This document shows, piece after piece, positions 9,816 through 21,126 of a DNA stretch of 64,000 nucleotides (position 1 is the stretch's first letter; the number at the start of each line of letters is the position of its first letter). The notes under the pieces were generated by a model. It did not search any database. It was not told the DNA's origin and saw nothing but the letters and a program-made list of their open reading frames with translations. Location of the stretch: assembly GCA_039630575.1 (NCBI GenBank), contig JBCNUW010000002.1, positions 64,001 through 128,000 of the forward strand. The letters are read 5' to 3'. The stretch comes from Candidatus Hydrothermales bacterium (GTDB lineage: Bacteria; Hydrothermota; Hydrothermia; Hydrothermales; JAJRUZ01). Both the position numbers and the translations under genes were made by a program.

Positions 9816-11548
9816 CTATTTTTTTCTTATTCCTTCTGTATATCCTATCTGTTTAAATACAATTTTCCCATTTTTATCAATTATTAAATGAGTTGGAAGA
9901 AAAGAGATATTCAATTTTTTGTGAAGGCGAGTATCATTGATTGCCATAATATATTTAAAATCTTTCTTTTTTAGAAAATTTTCTATTTTTTTTTCCTTTT
10001 CTCGTGTAACTGCAATGAATATAACTTTCTTATCATTCTTGAATTTTTCAACTAACTCATTAAGTTCAGGTATTTCTTCTCTACAAGGTTCACATCCTGT
10101 ACTCCAAAAATTTAAAACTATTACTTTATCTTTGTTTTCTTTATATCTAAATATACTTCCATCAAGTAAAGTTAATTCAAAATCAGTAACTTTTTTACTT
10201 TTTTAAAGACTTCTTTTTCTAACCTTTTTATTTCCTTTTCATAGTCTTTTCCACAAACTTTTTTCAGAGAATCTATTTGAGATGCTTCACCATGATAAAA
10301 TACTAAATAGGCATAAGCAAGTTTTGATTTTTCAATTTCACCTTTTTTATATGTAATTCTTGCATATTTATTTAAGATCCATGGTTCAACTTGTGTAAAA
10401 TCTTTATTTTCAACTATTTCCTTTATATAAAAATAGGCAGAATCAATCTTATTATCATTAAGATAGAGAGAAGATGCCTCAAAGTATATATCTTTTTTTA
10501 TCTCCTTAATAATTATTTGGTATATTTTTTAAATTCCCTATAAAAATTTTTATGATTAATGGAAGAAAGAGAATGAAAGGCAAAAGATTTCCTTATATAA
10601 CAAGGATCATATAAAAGTTCTTTTGCTTTATGTAACCACTCATATAAAGGTTTATAATCTTTTCCTTTTAAAGCCCACCTTGCCATACTTACATAAGAGA
10701 CAGTCCCTTCTAAATCTTCAAATCCCTCTTTTTCTCTTTCTTTAATCCATTTGATAAGACTTTCAGGTTGAAAATCTGGAAATAGAAGTTTTTGTCTTGA
10801 GAAAACTCTAAAATCTTGTATTAATGGATCAAGTTTTTTGTTTTTAGATATGAAAGAAGTTCATCGGGGTTATTTTTCAAAAGATAATTTATTTTAATTG
10901 CAATTTTGTATTTATCTTCTTTAAGATTTTCAACATTCTTTAAAATTTCCTTCATTAAAATTGAATCTTTTAGAACCCAATTACTTGTAAGGTATGTGGC
11001 ATGTAAAAAAGAAGGATTATTCTTTTCTTTTTCAAGATTATTTATTATTTCATTTTTTATATCTTCAGCTCTTTTCTTTCCAAGTTTCAAAGTGAAATTA
11101 AAGAGATTATCCATAAAATCATAATTTTCTCTGTGATATTTTTTTCTTTTAACCAAAGTGAATCAAATTTTTGAAAATTTGGAAAAAGAGAAGTCTCATT
11201 AAAATAGAAAAAGCCGAGCAATTAAAGAGCATGTGGTAACGGTGTATTTTCTTTATAATAAATTATATAAAAGTTTGGGTCAAAAATAAACTTGCCTTTT
11301 TTATCTTCAAAGAAAAATATAATGAGAGCAGTATTTTTATCAAAGGATGTTAAGGAAATTCTATTTTGGTTATAAATTTTTTCCACATGGGGAATAAGTC
11401 TATAAGGGTCACCACCTGAAATTTCAATCCTCCAGAAATAACCTGAAAATATTTTAGATAAATTTATTGTAATTTTATCACCTGGATTCGGTTTTTCCGG
11501 CTCTATTTGTAAATTTAAATTGAATATCAAAAATATTAAAAAGCTCAA
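9816..11548 (-). pseudogene. Fragmented TlpA/redoxin-domain protein
   Basis: C-terminal VLNFWSTGCEPCREEIPELNE...LPTHLIIDKNGKI thioredoxin-fold segment; upstream pieces 11222..11548 and 10821..11156 are separated by stops and frameshifts. Confidence 0.75.
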
Positions 11549-12019
11549 AAAAATTATAAATTTAAAAAAAAGAGATTTTCAACTCGAGTTAGCTCATCAA
11601 AAATCTAACCGAAATTTTGTTTAAATTAACAAACAGTTCAAAAATGTATAAAAAGAAAAAAGATTTGCGAATAAAAAAATATTATGATAAACAAACACCC
11701 TTATCAAAATATTGTGGAATCACTTCTTATAAAAAATAAAGACCATATTTATCCCATGTTTGCCAACTTAACTTAAAAAAATTTAAGAACAGTCATTTTT
11801 ATTTTTATCTTGTTCCTGCCTAAAAATATTTTCCTTTTTATCTCTTTTTTTAAAAATTAAAAATTATTGAAAAATAAAAGATTTTTAAAATAATAAAAAC
11901 TCAAAAATTTTCATAGTAAAAATGGCAAACATAGGCTAATCAAACAATTTTCTTAACTTTTTTGATTTTAATATTTTCTGATTTATTTATTCTTACCCCT
12001 TTAGTTTGTAAATTTGTAT

Positions 12020-12853
12020 TTATTTGTTTTTTAGATGCTTTAAAAACTCTTTTATCTCTTCATAAATATATATTCTCTTTTCAAATACCTTATTTTTATA
12101 GTATTCAAACCACGGAATCTTTTCTTCCTTTATTTTACCTTTATAAAATTTTAATTTTTCAGTTGAAATGAAGTTGAGAGTTTTATTCTTAAGTACAATC
12201 CATCCGTCCTCACAAAAACACCATTTTGAAAAGTCCACCTCACCTTTTGTGGATAAAAAATATTTAATAAAAGAATATTCTTTAAGTTTCTTATTTTCTT
12301 TGATGAAATTTTTCACCTTATCAAAAGTCTCAATCACCCGTTTCTCTATCTGGTATATTTTAGGAGTTACACTAACTATTAAATCGATTAATTCTACTAC
12401 ATTATTTTTATGAACATTTCTAAAATACTCTACAAATTGAAAAAACAATTCTTGCATCTTAGGTTCAAGAAGAACAAAATTTAAATACTGTGGTAATTTT
12501 AAGTCAATTCCCCCATCTTTTGAAAAAGAAGCAAGTGTATCTTTTCTATTAAAAAAGGAGATCAGAAGTTCAATTTCTACCCATTCTCCTATGGAAAAAT
12601 AAAAGAAACTTCGCTCCTCTGAGCGTATTCCTAACTCAATAGAAGATATTGCTCCTTTTAAGGGTATCTCATATTTAGGAGAAACAGAATCTGCTTTCCA
12701 TTTAATTATTTCTTCTAAAGGAATATTATTTTTTTCTAATAATTCCTTTACTTTTTCACTGTATTTTTTCAACCTCTTTTGCATTTCTTTGGGAGTTTTA
12801 TATACTACAGGTGGCATAAACCCTTTTCTGTGAGCTATCTTAATCCTTATCAT
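12020..12853 (-). CDS. Hypothetical protein
   Basis: 277-aa ORF, SD AGAGG, TTGACA at 12947-12952; no recognisable motif. Confidence 0.7.
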   Translation of the reverse strand: MIRIKIAHRKGFMPPVVYKTPKEMQKRLKKYSEKVKELLEKNNIPLEEIIKWKADSVSPKYEIPLKGAISSIELGIRSEERSFFYFSIGEWVEIELLISFFNRKDTLASFSKDGGIDLKLPQYLNFVLLEPKMQELFFQFVEYFRNVHKNNVVELIDLIVSVTPKIYQIEKRVIETFDKVKNFIKENKKLKEYSFIKYFLSTKGEVDFSKWCFCEDGWIVLKNKTLNFISTEKLKFYKGKIKEEKIPWFEYYKNKVFEKRIYIYEEIKEFLKHLKNK

Positions 12854-12989
12854 TTTTACCTCTTTTTAGTTGAGTTTTTAAACTCTCTTCCTTTGCGGTA
12901 AAAATAAAATGTTATAAATATAACCATAAAGCAATATTCTATAGATTGTCAAAATTATTTAAATTATTTCCTTATTTACCTCTTTTCAA

Positions 12990-15050
12990 TCACAAATAAC
13001 TCGCATAGCCATCGGTATAAAGTTTATAAAGCATTTCTAAAACCTTTCTGGCTGTATGGGGAAATTTAAATTGTATTTTTTCCTTGTGTTGCTTTTCATA
13101 TTTTTCTAAAAATTCATTTATGCCTAAAACATGATTTTTTTCTGTAATTTCCTTTATTTTTTTAATATTTTCTTCTTTTATTTCCTTTGTCTCTGGCTCC
13201 ATACACCAATACAGCACCTTTAAAAGTGGTTCTTCAAGTTTTGCTCTATTTCCATGGAATTTGGGAAGAACTTTCATTAAAATGGCAAGGTCAATTATTT
13301 CTTCGTCATTTTCAAAGGAGATTATACTTTCTTTCTTAGCTTCTATCGCATTTTTATAAAACAAAGCAATTTCGTCAATAACACGATAGGCAAAATGAAG
13401 ACCATAAGGTTCAAGGATTTGAGATAAATTTTTTAAATTTTCAAAATAAGGGAACGCTTCTATCGCTTCTTTTATCCTATTTTTATCTGGATATGCCTTT
13501 AAAAATTTACCATTTAGTATAAAGTCGTCTTTAATTTTTTTGCTAATTTCCGTTATTGATTCCTTTTCTTCTTTTTCCAAATTTTCTTTATATTTATCAA
13601 AATCAACTTCTTTGAATTCAATCGTGAATGCTCTATCTAAAACTTTTGGAGAAAACATAAAGGTTGTTTCATCAATATTTACGGTTCCAATAAAGTATAA
13701 ATTTGGTGGAAGTTTTAAATCTATTATATTTTCTTTTGTGTTATAGCCTGCCTGTTCTAAGAGTTCAAATAGTTTCTTTTGTACTTCTTTTTGTTTATCA
13801 ATATCTTTACCTGAAATTTGGATCTTAATTCCTTCTTTTGTAAAGCCATCTTCATCTCTTCCACTTTCAAGAACACTTAAAAATTCAGCAAAATAATATT
13901 CAACTCTTGCAAGGTTCATTTCGTCAAGGATTACAAAATATGGTAAAGCTTTATCTTTGTTTTCTTTATAATCTATAATTGCCTCCAAAATAAATCTTAA
14001 GAACTGTGTCGGCTCTTCAAATCTATTCATAATTGGATTATAATACCCAAGCAATGATTTTGAATCTTTCCAATCAGGTCGGACGGAGAGGAAGAAAGAT
14101 TTATTACCAAATATTTCAACAAAAATCTGTGCCATTTTAGTTTTTCCTATTCCAGATAATCCAGCAAGGATAACAAATCCTTTTGTTTTTAAGGCAGTGT
14201 AAAAAGAAGAGATTTGATTATTTTGAAAAAGGAATTTTTTACAACTAAAATATTCTTTTAATATGCTATTCCCCATTTTATGGTGATTTTTATTTAAATT
14301 TAATTCTTTAAACACATTTTCAATTGTCCTCAGTATTCTTTCTATTTCCTCTTTTTCTTCTTCCCTTGTTATTGTTTTAAAAAGAGCTTTATGCTTTTCA
14401 ATTGCTTTTCTCAAAATTTTATTAACATTTTCATTATCTATGTATATGAAAGTTTGTTTAACGGATATTTGTTGCTTTTCTTCTTTTTTAGTTTTTGAAT
14501 ATACATCTTTAAAGTCATCTTCATCTAAAAATCCACCATAATGATAAAATCTTATCGCGTTTTCTTTTTTGCATTTCACACACAAAGGGATAGTTTTTAC
14601 ATTCTTTTTTTTCAATTCCGAAAGCCACTCCTTTTCTACTTTTTCAATTTCAATTTCTATCGGTTTTATAAATTGGGGTTCGTACATAAACCCCACAATC
14701 CATTTTCTTTTTTCACCCATATTGAATTTTTCTCTTTCTATTTTAGGTACACCTCCTTGGACAATCCAAAAGAGAATTTTTACTTCTTCTTGAGGTTGTT
14801 TCCCTATTAAATGTTGAGCAAAGCTATATCTAAATCCATCTATCTCTAAGGAAGACGCGAAATTCCAACTTTCAAAAGGAATAGGGGGTTCATATCCTGA
14901 GTATCCAAATCCGCCTGCTGTCCTTTCTGCCTCCTTTTTCAGTTCATCATAGTTATCAGGAAAACCTTCCCATAATTTTTCACCACACCAGGCTATTCGT
15001 ACTACTATTCCCGCCTTTTCCTGCTTATTATTTTTCATCTTATCTTTCAT
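12990..15050 (-). CDS. mcrB: McrB-family AAA+ GTPase (restriction motor subunit)
   Basis: GLSGIGKT Walker A, VRPDW, LDEMNLARVEYYF Walker B, TVNIDETT and FSPKVLDRA; start moved to ATG 15050 (GGAGG at 15056-15060). Confidence 0.9.
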   Translation of the reverse strand: MKDKMKNNKQEKAGIVVRIAWCGEKLWEGFPDNYDELKKEAERTAGGFGYSGYEPPIPFESWNFASSLEIDGFRYSFAQHLIGKQPQEEVKILFWIVQGGVPKIEREKFNMGEKRKWIVGFMYEPQFIKPIEIEIEKVEKEWLSELKKKNVKTIPLCVKCKKENAIRFYHYGGFLDEDDFKDVYSKTKKEEKQQISVKQTFIYIDNENVNKILRKAIEKHKALFKTITREEEKEEIERILRTIENVFKELNLNKNHHKMGNSILKEYFSCKKFLFQNNQISSFYTALKTKGFVILAGLSGIGKTKMAQIFVEIFGNKSFFLSVRPDWKDSKSLLGYYNPIMNRFEEPTQFLRFILEAIIDYKENKDKALPYFVILDEMNLARVEYYFAEFLSVLESGRDEDGFTKEGIKIQISGKDIDKQKEVQKKLFELLEQAGYNTKENIIDLKLPPNLYFIGTVNIDETTFMFSPKVLDRAFTIEFKEVDFDKYKENLEKEEKESITEISKKIKDDFILNGKFLKAYPDKNRIKEAIEAFPYFENLKNLSQILEPYGLHFAYRVIDEIALFYKNAIEAKKESIISFENDEEIIDLAILMKVLPKFHGNRAKLEEPLLKVLYWCMEPETKEIKEENIKKIKEITEKNHVLGINEFLEKYEKQHKEKIQFKFPHTARKVLEMLYKLYTDGYASYL

Positions 15051-16668
15051 TTTTTCCTCCTTTTTCTGGCAGCATTTTACACCATCCAATTCCTTTTATA
15101 TTATTTTTTAAAATTTCTTCTACATATTCCTTCAAATTTTGGAATTTTTTATTTTCTCCATTTTCTTTATAAAAATTGCTTTCTTTACCTGGATATAATA
15201 TTATACATGCCTTTGTTTTTAAAGCATCTTTATAGGCATACATTTTAATTATGTTCCCGGTTTTTGGAAACTCTCCCTCTTTTTCTGCCTCTTCATACTC
15301 GTCTTTTTCATCTCTTTCTATTTGATATTCAAAAGCGAATTTAGCATCAAGAATTAATAGTAGATTTTTATTTTTATATATTGAAAAATCTGGTCTTAAA
15401 GGTAGGGTAGAATAACTTAAGGTGGTATATTGAGATTCTAGTTCGTATTCTTCTCCATTTAAGTCAAATTTAAAATTAAGTCTAAAATTTTCTGGAATCT
15501 TTTTTTGAGGAATTATTTTAATTTCTTTCGCATTCAAAAGATTGCATAACTCCAAAGCGCACCAAAACTCATAAAGTTCATAGACTTTTCTCAAATTTAT
15601 TGCTTCCTCAATCCTTTCAAACGGTTTACTTGCAAAAAGATATTTTAAATAAAGAGTAAATAATTCTCTATAACCATCTCTCATCCTTAAAACTGTTGAA
15701 GTTTGAGGAAATATATAAAGTTCTCCAACTTCTTCCCATAACGGGTCTTTTAAAAAATCATCAATTAACCCCTTTATTTCAATAATTTCTTTAAAGGTTT
15801 CCTTTTCAATTTTTGTAAATAAATTTTCAATATCTTGTGAAAGAATTTTAAGGAAATATAAAATGAACCTATTTTCAGAATTATCAAGAGATTCATATTT
15901 TAAAGGTGATAAAACTTTTATTGGTGCATAATATTTTCCTTCAACTTCAAAACCGTAGCTTTCTGTTTGGTAAAGAAATTGTGGATTTGTTAAAATATTA
16001 TAGATTGTGTCTGCATCAATTTCAGAAACTTTATTTATTTCAACAAATTCTTTTTCTTCTTTTAAAATTCTATAGGGGTTTGCCCTTATTAAATTTAAAG
16101 CACTTTTAAGTTCTTCTTTATTATTTTTTAAAAAGAAAAATGTAAAAAGCGGAGTAGAATGTCTTGAAGAAATATAAGACGAGGGAGCAAAAGTAGGTGA
16201 GATTATATCAAATGGTAAAGCTGCAATATGCTCCCATATTGAAGAAACAATATTCTTATAAAATTTTGGGTAAAAAAGAGGGTCTTGTTCCTCTGTTTTT
16301 AATTTTTTAGAAATAACTTCAACAGGAATTGAAATTTTTTCACTATTTTTCTTTAAAATAATCTCCGATTTTCCAATATAGTTTTTAAAAGGACAGTCTT
16401 TCGTTTTTGTTATTTTATTATTATTTTTATCTCTTACTATTTCAGTATTTCCAAATTTATCTAATTCCCATCCATTACTACTTTCAAACTCATAAATCCA
16501 TAAGTTAGAAAATTTAGGATAATTTTTTAAATTAACTAATTCAATTTTACCTTTTAAAGTCCCGAGTATTTCCCCTTTTTTCTCAATCTCTATTTCATTC
16601 TTAACTCCTTCTTTTCTTTTAAATTTGAAATCATTAAATTCAATCTCCTTTATATTAATTTCCCCCAT
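15040..16668 (-). CDS. McrC-like DUF2357 plus PD-(D/E)xK nuclease
   Basis: DNSENRFI, LYEFWC, LRPDF..ILDAKF and KMYAYKDAL motifs; overlaps mcrB. Confidence 0.88.
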   Translation of the reverse strand: MGEINIKEIEFNDFKFKRKEGVKNEIEIEKKGEILGTLKGKIELVNLKNYPKFSNLWIYEFESSNGWELDKFGNTEIVRDKNNNKITKTKDCPFKNYIGKSEIILKKNSEKISIPVEVISKKLKTEEQDPLFYPKFYKNIVSSIWEHIAALPFDIISPTFAPSSYISSRHSTPLFTFFFLKNNKEELKSALNLIRANPYRILKEEKEFVEINKVSEIDADTIYNILTNPQFLYQTESYGFEVEGKYYAPIKVLSPLKYESLDNSENRFILYFLKILSQDIENLFTKIEKETFKEIIEIKGLIDDFLKDPLWEEVGELYIFPQTSTVLRMRDGYRELFTLYLKYLFASKPFERIEEAINLRKVYELYEFWCALELCNLLNAKEIKIIPQKKIPENFRLNFKFDLNGEEYELESQYTTLSYSTLPLRPDFSIYKNKNLLLILDAKFAFEYQIERDEKDEYEEAEKEGEFPKTGNIIKMYAYKDALKTKACIILYPGKESNFYKENGENKKFQNLKEYVEEILKNNIKGIGWCKMLPEKGGKNER

Positions 16669-16724
16669 TTAAATAAAATTAGATAGGAGAAAAAATTAAA
16701 AAAACAATTATATTTCAAACCTTT

Positions 16725-19451
16725 TTAACTTCTTCCTTCTATCTTCTCAATTCTTACTGCGCATGCCTTAAATTCAGGAATCCTTGCTACTGGATCTAAG
16801 ATAGGATTTGTTAATATATTTGCATTTGTCTCTTTAAAATGAAAAGATATAAAAACAACTCCTTTTTTTGGTCTATCAGAAACTCTTGCATTTATTTCTA
16901 TACTCCCTCTTCTACTTTTTACCCTTATAAGTTCCCCATCCTTTATATTCAATCTTTCAGCATCCTCTCTTGATATTTCTACATAATTTTTTGGTACAAA
17001 GGATTCAAGCGTTTTCACTCTTTTAGTTTCACTTCTTCCATGATAATGATAAAGAATTCTTCCTGTTGTTAGGATAAACGGATATTCTTCACAGGGCAAT
17101 TCTTCTGACTCTATATATTCCACAGGGCTAAATATTGCTTTACCACTTGGTGTTTTAAATTTACCTCCCTCATAAAGTATTTCAGTTCCAGGATGATTTT
17201 CTGAAGGACAGGGCCATTGAATTCCGCCTCTTTCAAGTCTTTTATAGGTAATCCCTGCATAGGAAGGTGCAACCCTTCTTATCTCTTCCATAATTTCAAG
17301 AGGATTTTTATATTCCATTTTGTATCCCATTGCTTTGGCAATTAAAGATAAAATTTCCCAATCGTATTTTGTTCCTTCTGGTTTTTCCCTTGCAGGTCTT
17401 ATTAGTTGAACTCTTCTTTCAGTATTTGTAAATGTTCCATCCTTTTCATAAGCAGATGCAGCGGGAAGTATTACATGAGCAAGTTCTGCTGTCTCTGAAA
17501 GAAATATTTCCTGAACTACAATAAATTCAAGTTTTTTCAAAGCTTTTTCTAAAGTATTTAAATCTGGATGTGTCATTAAAGGATTCCCACCCATAACATA
17601 CATAGCTTTAATTTTTCCTTTTGAAATATAATGAGTAAGTTCTGAAACAAATATTCCAGGACTTGTAGGTAATTTAACATTCCATTCTTTTTCAAATTTC
17701 TCTATAACTAACTGATCTGTTATTCTTTGATTGCCAGGTAAATAAGTAGGTAGAGCTCCCATATCACAGGCACCTTGAACATTTGCCTGTCCCCGCAGTG
17801 GCATAATTCCATTACCCTTACTTCCTATATGTCCTGTTAAAAGTGTAAGGTTTGCAATACTTAAAACAGCATCTGTTCCTGTTGCATGCTGTGTTATTCC
17901 CATTGTATAGAAAATCATTGCTTTTTCAGCACTTCCATAGATTTCTGCTGCTTTTTCTATTAAATCTTTATCAACACCAGTAATTTTTGAAACAAGCTCA
18001 AGATCATACTTTGGAATAACTTTTAAGAATTCTTCAAAACCTTCTGTATTTTCTTCTATAAATTTTTTATTTACATATCCTTTATCTATTATCACTTTCA
18101 TTATTCCATTTAAAAGTGCTACATCTGTTCCCGGATAATGTTGGATGTATATATCTGCATATTCAGCAAGGTTTATTCTTCTTGGGTCACATACAATAAG
18201 TTTTGCTCCATCCTTTTTATGCTTTTTAACTAATTGGGCAATAACAGGATGTGTTTCTGTCATATTTGAGCCTATCACAAACATAACCTCTGTATTTTTA
18301 ATATCTTCAATAGGGTTTGTTGCAGCACCTGCACCGAGCACTTTACTAAGGGCAGCAACACTTGGTGCATGACATAATCTCGCACAGTTATCAATATTAT
18401 TTGTTCCAATTACTGCACGAGCAAATTTCTGTAAAACATAATTATCTTCATTTGTGCATCTTGAAGAACTAAGGAATGTTATTGAATCAGGACCATATCT
18501 TTCCTTAATTTCCTTTAATCTTTTTGCAACATAATTTATAGCCTCTTCCCATTCTATCTCTTTAAAAATTCCATTTTCTTTTATAAGTGGCTTTGTTAAT
18601 CTTTCGTTACTATTTGCATATTCAAATCCGTATCTACCTTTAACACAGAGCCTACCTTTATTAACTGGTGAATCTTCTTTTCCTTTAGCCATAACAATAT
18701 TATTATTTTCATCAGTATAAAGAATAACTTCGCATCCCACACCGCAATAAGCACAAACTGTTTCTGTTTTTTTAAAGTGAAAAATTTTCCCTTTTCTTAT
18801 CCTTGTTTTTTCAATTAAAGCACCTGTTGGGCAAGCTTGAACACATATCCCACAGAACTCGCACTCAGTATCTTCAATTGGTAATTCAAAAGGTGTATTT
18901 ATTTTAGTTTTATAACCTCTACCTACAACGCTTATGGTATTAACTACCGCCATATTCTTACAAGCATTTATGCACCTTCTACATAGGATACATTTTTCAG
19001 GATAAAATTTTATGAATGAATTTATCTCCCATGCTTTTGTTTCTTTATAAAAGATTTTTACTTTTTCAAAAAATCTACTATTTGAAATACTATATTTATA
19101 AGCAAGATCCTGTAAAAGGCAATCACCATCAGCCTCACAGGTTATACATTCGGGTAAATGGATTGACAAAATAAATTCAAGGTTCATTTTTCTTACTTTA
19201 TGAATTTTTTCACTATCTGTAATTATTTCCATTCCATCTTTTATTTCAGTTATACAGGCTCTTTGGAGACTTTTAAATCCTTTTATTTCAACAACACATA
19301 TTCCACAACTTCCTTCTTCTGAAATTTCTTTTAAAAAGCAGAGTGTAGGAATAAAAATCCCTATTTTTTTACAAGCATCTACTATTTTTATGCCTTGAGG
19401 AAAAAGATATTCTTTACCATTTATCTTTACATTTATATATTTTTCATTCAT
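16725..19451 (-). CDS. fdhF: Formate dehydrogenase alpha subunit (Mo/W-bisPGD, Cys type) with N-terminal Fe-S domains
   Basis: IPTLC, CILCRRC, CEFCGICVQACP, CAYCGVGC, NCARLCHAPS, LRGQANVQG and PEFKACAV motifs. Confidence 0.92.
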   Translation of the reverse strand: MNEKYINVKINGKEYLFPQGIKIVDACKKIGIFIPTLCFLKEISEEGSCGICVVEIKGFKSLQRACITEIKDGMEIITDSEKIHKVRKMNLEFILSIHLPECITCEADGDCLLQDLAYKYSISNSRFFEKVKIFYKETKAWEINSFIKFYPEKCILCRRCINACKNMAVVNTISVVGRGYKTKINTPFELPIEDTECEFCGICVQACPTGALIEKTRIRKGKIFHFKKTETVCAYCGVGCEVILYTDENNNIVMAKGKEDSPVNKGRLCVKGRYGFEYANSNERLTKPLIKENGIFKEIEWEEAINYVAKRLKEIKERYGPDSITFLSSSRCTNEDNYVLQKFARAVIGTNNIDNCARLCHAPSVAALSKVLGAGAATNPIEDIKNTEVMFVIGSNMTETHPVIAQLVKKHKKDGAKLIVCDPRRINLAEYADIYIQHYPGTDVALLNGIMKVIIDKGYVNKKFIEENTEGFEEFLKVIPKYDLELVSKITGVDKDLIEKAAEIYGSAEKAMIFYTMGITQHATGTDAVLSIANLTLLTGHIGSKGNGIMPLRGQANVQGACDMGALPTYLPGNQRITDQLVIEKFEKEWNVKLPTSPGIFVSELTHYISKGKIKAMYVMGGNPLMTHPDLNTLEKALKKLEFIVVQEIFLSETAELAHVILPAASAYEKDGTFTNTERRVQLIRPAREKPEGTKYDWEILSLIAKAMGYKMEYKNPLEIMEEIRRVAPSYAGITYKRLERGGIQWPCPSENHPGTEILYEGGKFKTPSGKAIFSPVEYIESEELPCEEYPFILTTGRILYHYHGRSETKRVKTLESFVPKNYVEISREDAERLNIKDGELIRVKSRRGSIEINARVSDRPKKGVVFISFHFKETNANILTNPILDPVARIPEFKACAVRIEKIEGRS

Positions 19452-21126
19452 GTTTTAAAGGGCATTTATTTTCTTTTATATGAAATTCCCATTCTTCTTT
19501 AAATTCTTTAATAATATCTTTGATTACTTTTAAAGAGTTTTGACCAAGAGGGCAAAATGAAGAAAGTTCCATAGTTTCTGCTATTTCAAATAATATGTTA
19601 ATGTCTTTTCTTTTCCCTTTTATTATATTTTTTATGATTTTTGACGCCTCATAAGTCCCAATTAAGCAAGGGATACACTTACCACAACTTTCCTCCATAA
19701 AAAATTCAATTATGTTCTCTGAAATACAAACTGAACACCTTTTATCATTTATTGCAATTATTGCTCCTGAACCAAAGGAAAGATTGGCTCTTGATAAAGA
19801 TTCATAATCCATTTTTATATTAAGATAGGATGGTAATAAAAGATTTCCGGAAAGTCCACCAAGAATTAAAAATTTTAAATTTCCATCTTTTATACCACCT
19901 CCAATTTCTTTTATCACATACTCAAGAGAAGTTCCAAAAGGAATTTCACAAACTCCTTTAAAGTTTAAATCCCCTGAAAGACTTAATAGTATGCTTCCGT
20001 GATTTTTGTAAAAATCTGCTCCTTTTAAAATAATAATAGGTATATTTGCAAAGGTCTCAACATTGTTTATAAGAGTTGGTTTTCCAAAGAGTCCTTTTTC
20101 TGATGGATAGGGAGGTTTTCTTCTTGGTTCACCTCTTTTACCTTCTATTGACTCCATCAAAGCTGTTTCCTCTCCACATACATAACTTCCTCCACCTTTT
20201 ATAATTTCAATATCAAAAGAAAAGTTGCTTCCATAGATATTTTTACCGAGAAATCCCTTTTCTTTTGCTTCATCTATTGCATTTTTTAATATTTTTAAAC
20301 CACTCTCATATTCTCCTCTAATATAAATAAATCCTTTCTCTGCATCAACTGCATATCCTGCAATTATCATCCCTTCAATAACTGAATGAGGATCATTTTC
20401 AATTAAAACTCTATCCTTAAATGTTCCAGGTTCTCCCTCATCGGCATTACATATAACAAATTTTGGTCTCTCTTTTTCCTTTTTTACAAATTCCCATTTT
20501 AATCCTGTTTTAAACCCTGCACCTCCTCTTCCTCTTAAATCTGCTTTTTTTATCTCTTCTATTATAGTTTCTCCTTCTCTTTTTAATGCTATTTCAAGTG
20601 CTTTATAACCTTCTCTTTTTAAATAATCTTCAATACTCAAAGGATTTATTTCGTAAACATTTCTTAAAATAAGTTTTCCATAAGGAGCAGAGATTGGAAT
20701 CTTCAAAGGCATAGGCTCTTTTTCCTTAAATTCTTTAATTAAATAAGGTATTTTTTCACAAGTTACTTTTGGTATAAGAACATCATTTATCATAATTGAA
20801 GGAGAAAGAGAGCAGGCGCCTAAACAACTTGTGTATTCAAGGGTAAATTCGCCATCAGGTGTTGTGTTGCCAATTTCAATTTTAAGTAACTCCTTTAATT
20901 TTGAAATTATTTTATCCTTTCCTTCTAAGTGGCAGGAAAGGCTTTTACATACTCTTATAATATTTTTTCCTTTTGGTTTTGTATGAAATAAACTGTAGAA
21001 AGATAAAAACTCATAAAGGCTTGCTAATTTTTCTTTCCTTTCTTTTGCTATGATTTTTGCTTTTTCTTTTTCTACATATCCTTTTTCTTCATGAATTCTA
21101 TTTATTAAAAATTTATTATCATCCAT
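19444..21126 (-). CDS. Fused NuoE/NuoF-like NADH-binding diaphorase subunit
   Basis: VCKSLSC...CLGAC [2Fe-2S] site, LRGRGGAGF, NADEGEPGTFKDR, YVCGEETAL and ESCGKCIPC. Confidence 0.9.
   Translation of the reverse strand: MDDNKFLINRIHEEKGYVEKEKAKIIAKERKEKLASLYEFLSFYSLFHTKPKGKNIIRVCKSLSCHLEGKDKIISKLKELLKIEIGNTTPDGEFTLEYTSCLGACSLSPSIMINDVLIPKVTCEKIPYLIKEFKEKEPMPLKIPISAPYGKLILRNVYEINPLSIEDYLKREGYKALEIALKREGETIIEEIKKADLRGRGGAGFKTGLKWEFVKKEKERPKFVICNADEGEPGTFKDRVLIENDPHSVIEGMIIAGYAVDAEKGFIYIRGEYESGLKILKNAIDEAKEKGFLGKNIYGSNFSFDIEIIKGGGSYVCGEETALMESIEGKRGEPRRKPPYPSEKGLFGKPTLINNVETFANIPIIILKGADFYKNHGSILLSLSGDLNFKGVCEIPFGTSLEYVIKEIGGGIKDGNLKFLILGGLSGNLLLPSYLNIKMDYESLSRANLSFGSGAIIAINDKRCSVCISENIIEFFMEESCGKCIPCLIGTYEASKIIKNIIKGKRKDINILFEIAETMELSSFCPLGQNSLKVIKDIIKEFKEEWEFHIKENKCPLKHE

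Noticed and set aside
9816..11548. Programmed frameshifting or phase variation in the TlpA gene
   Set aside because: Several independent lesions, including an in-frame TAA at 11222-11224, fit decay better.
11581..11590. Perfect palindrome AACTCGAGTT
   Set aside because: A single 10-bp instance is expected by chance in 64 kb.
18360..18400. Selenocysteine in formate dehydrogenase
   Set aside because: The active-site codon is TGT (Cys) in an uninterrupted ORF.
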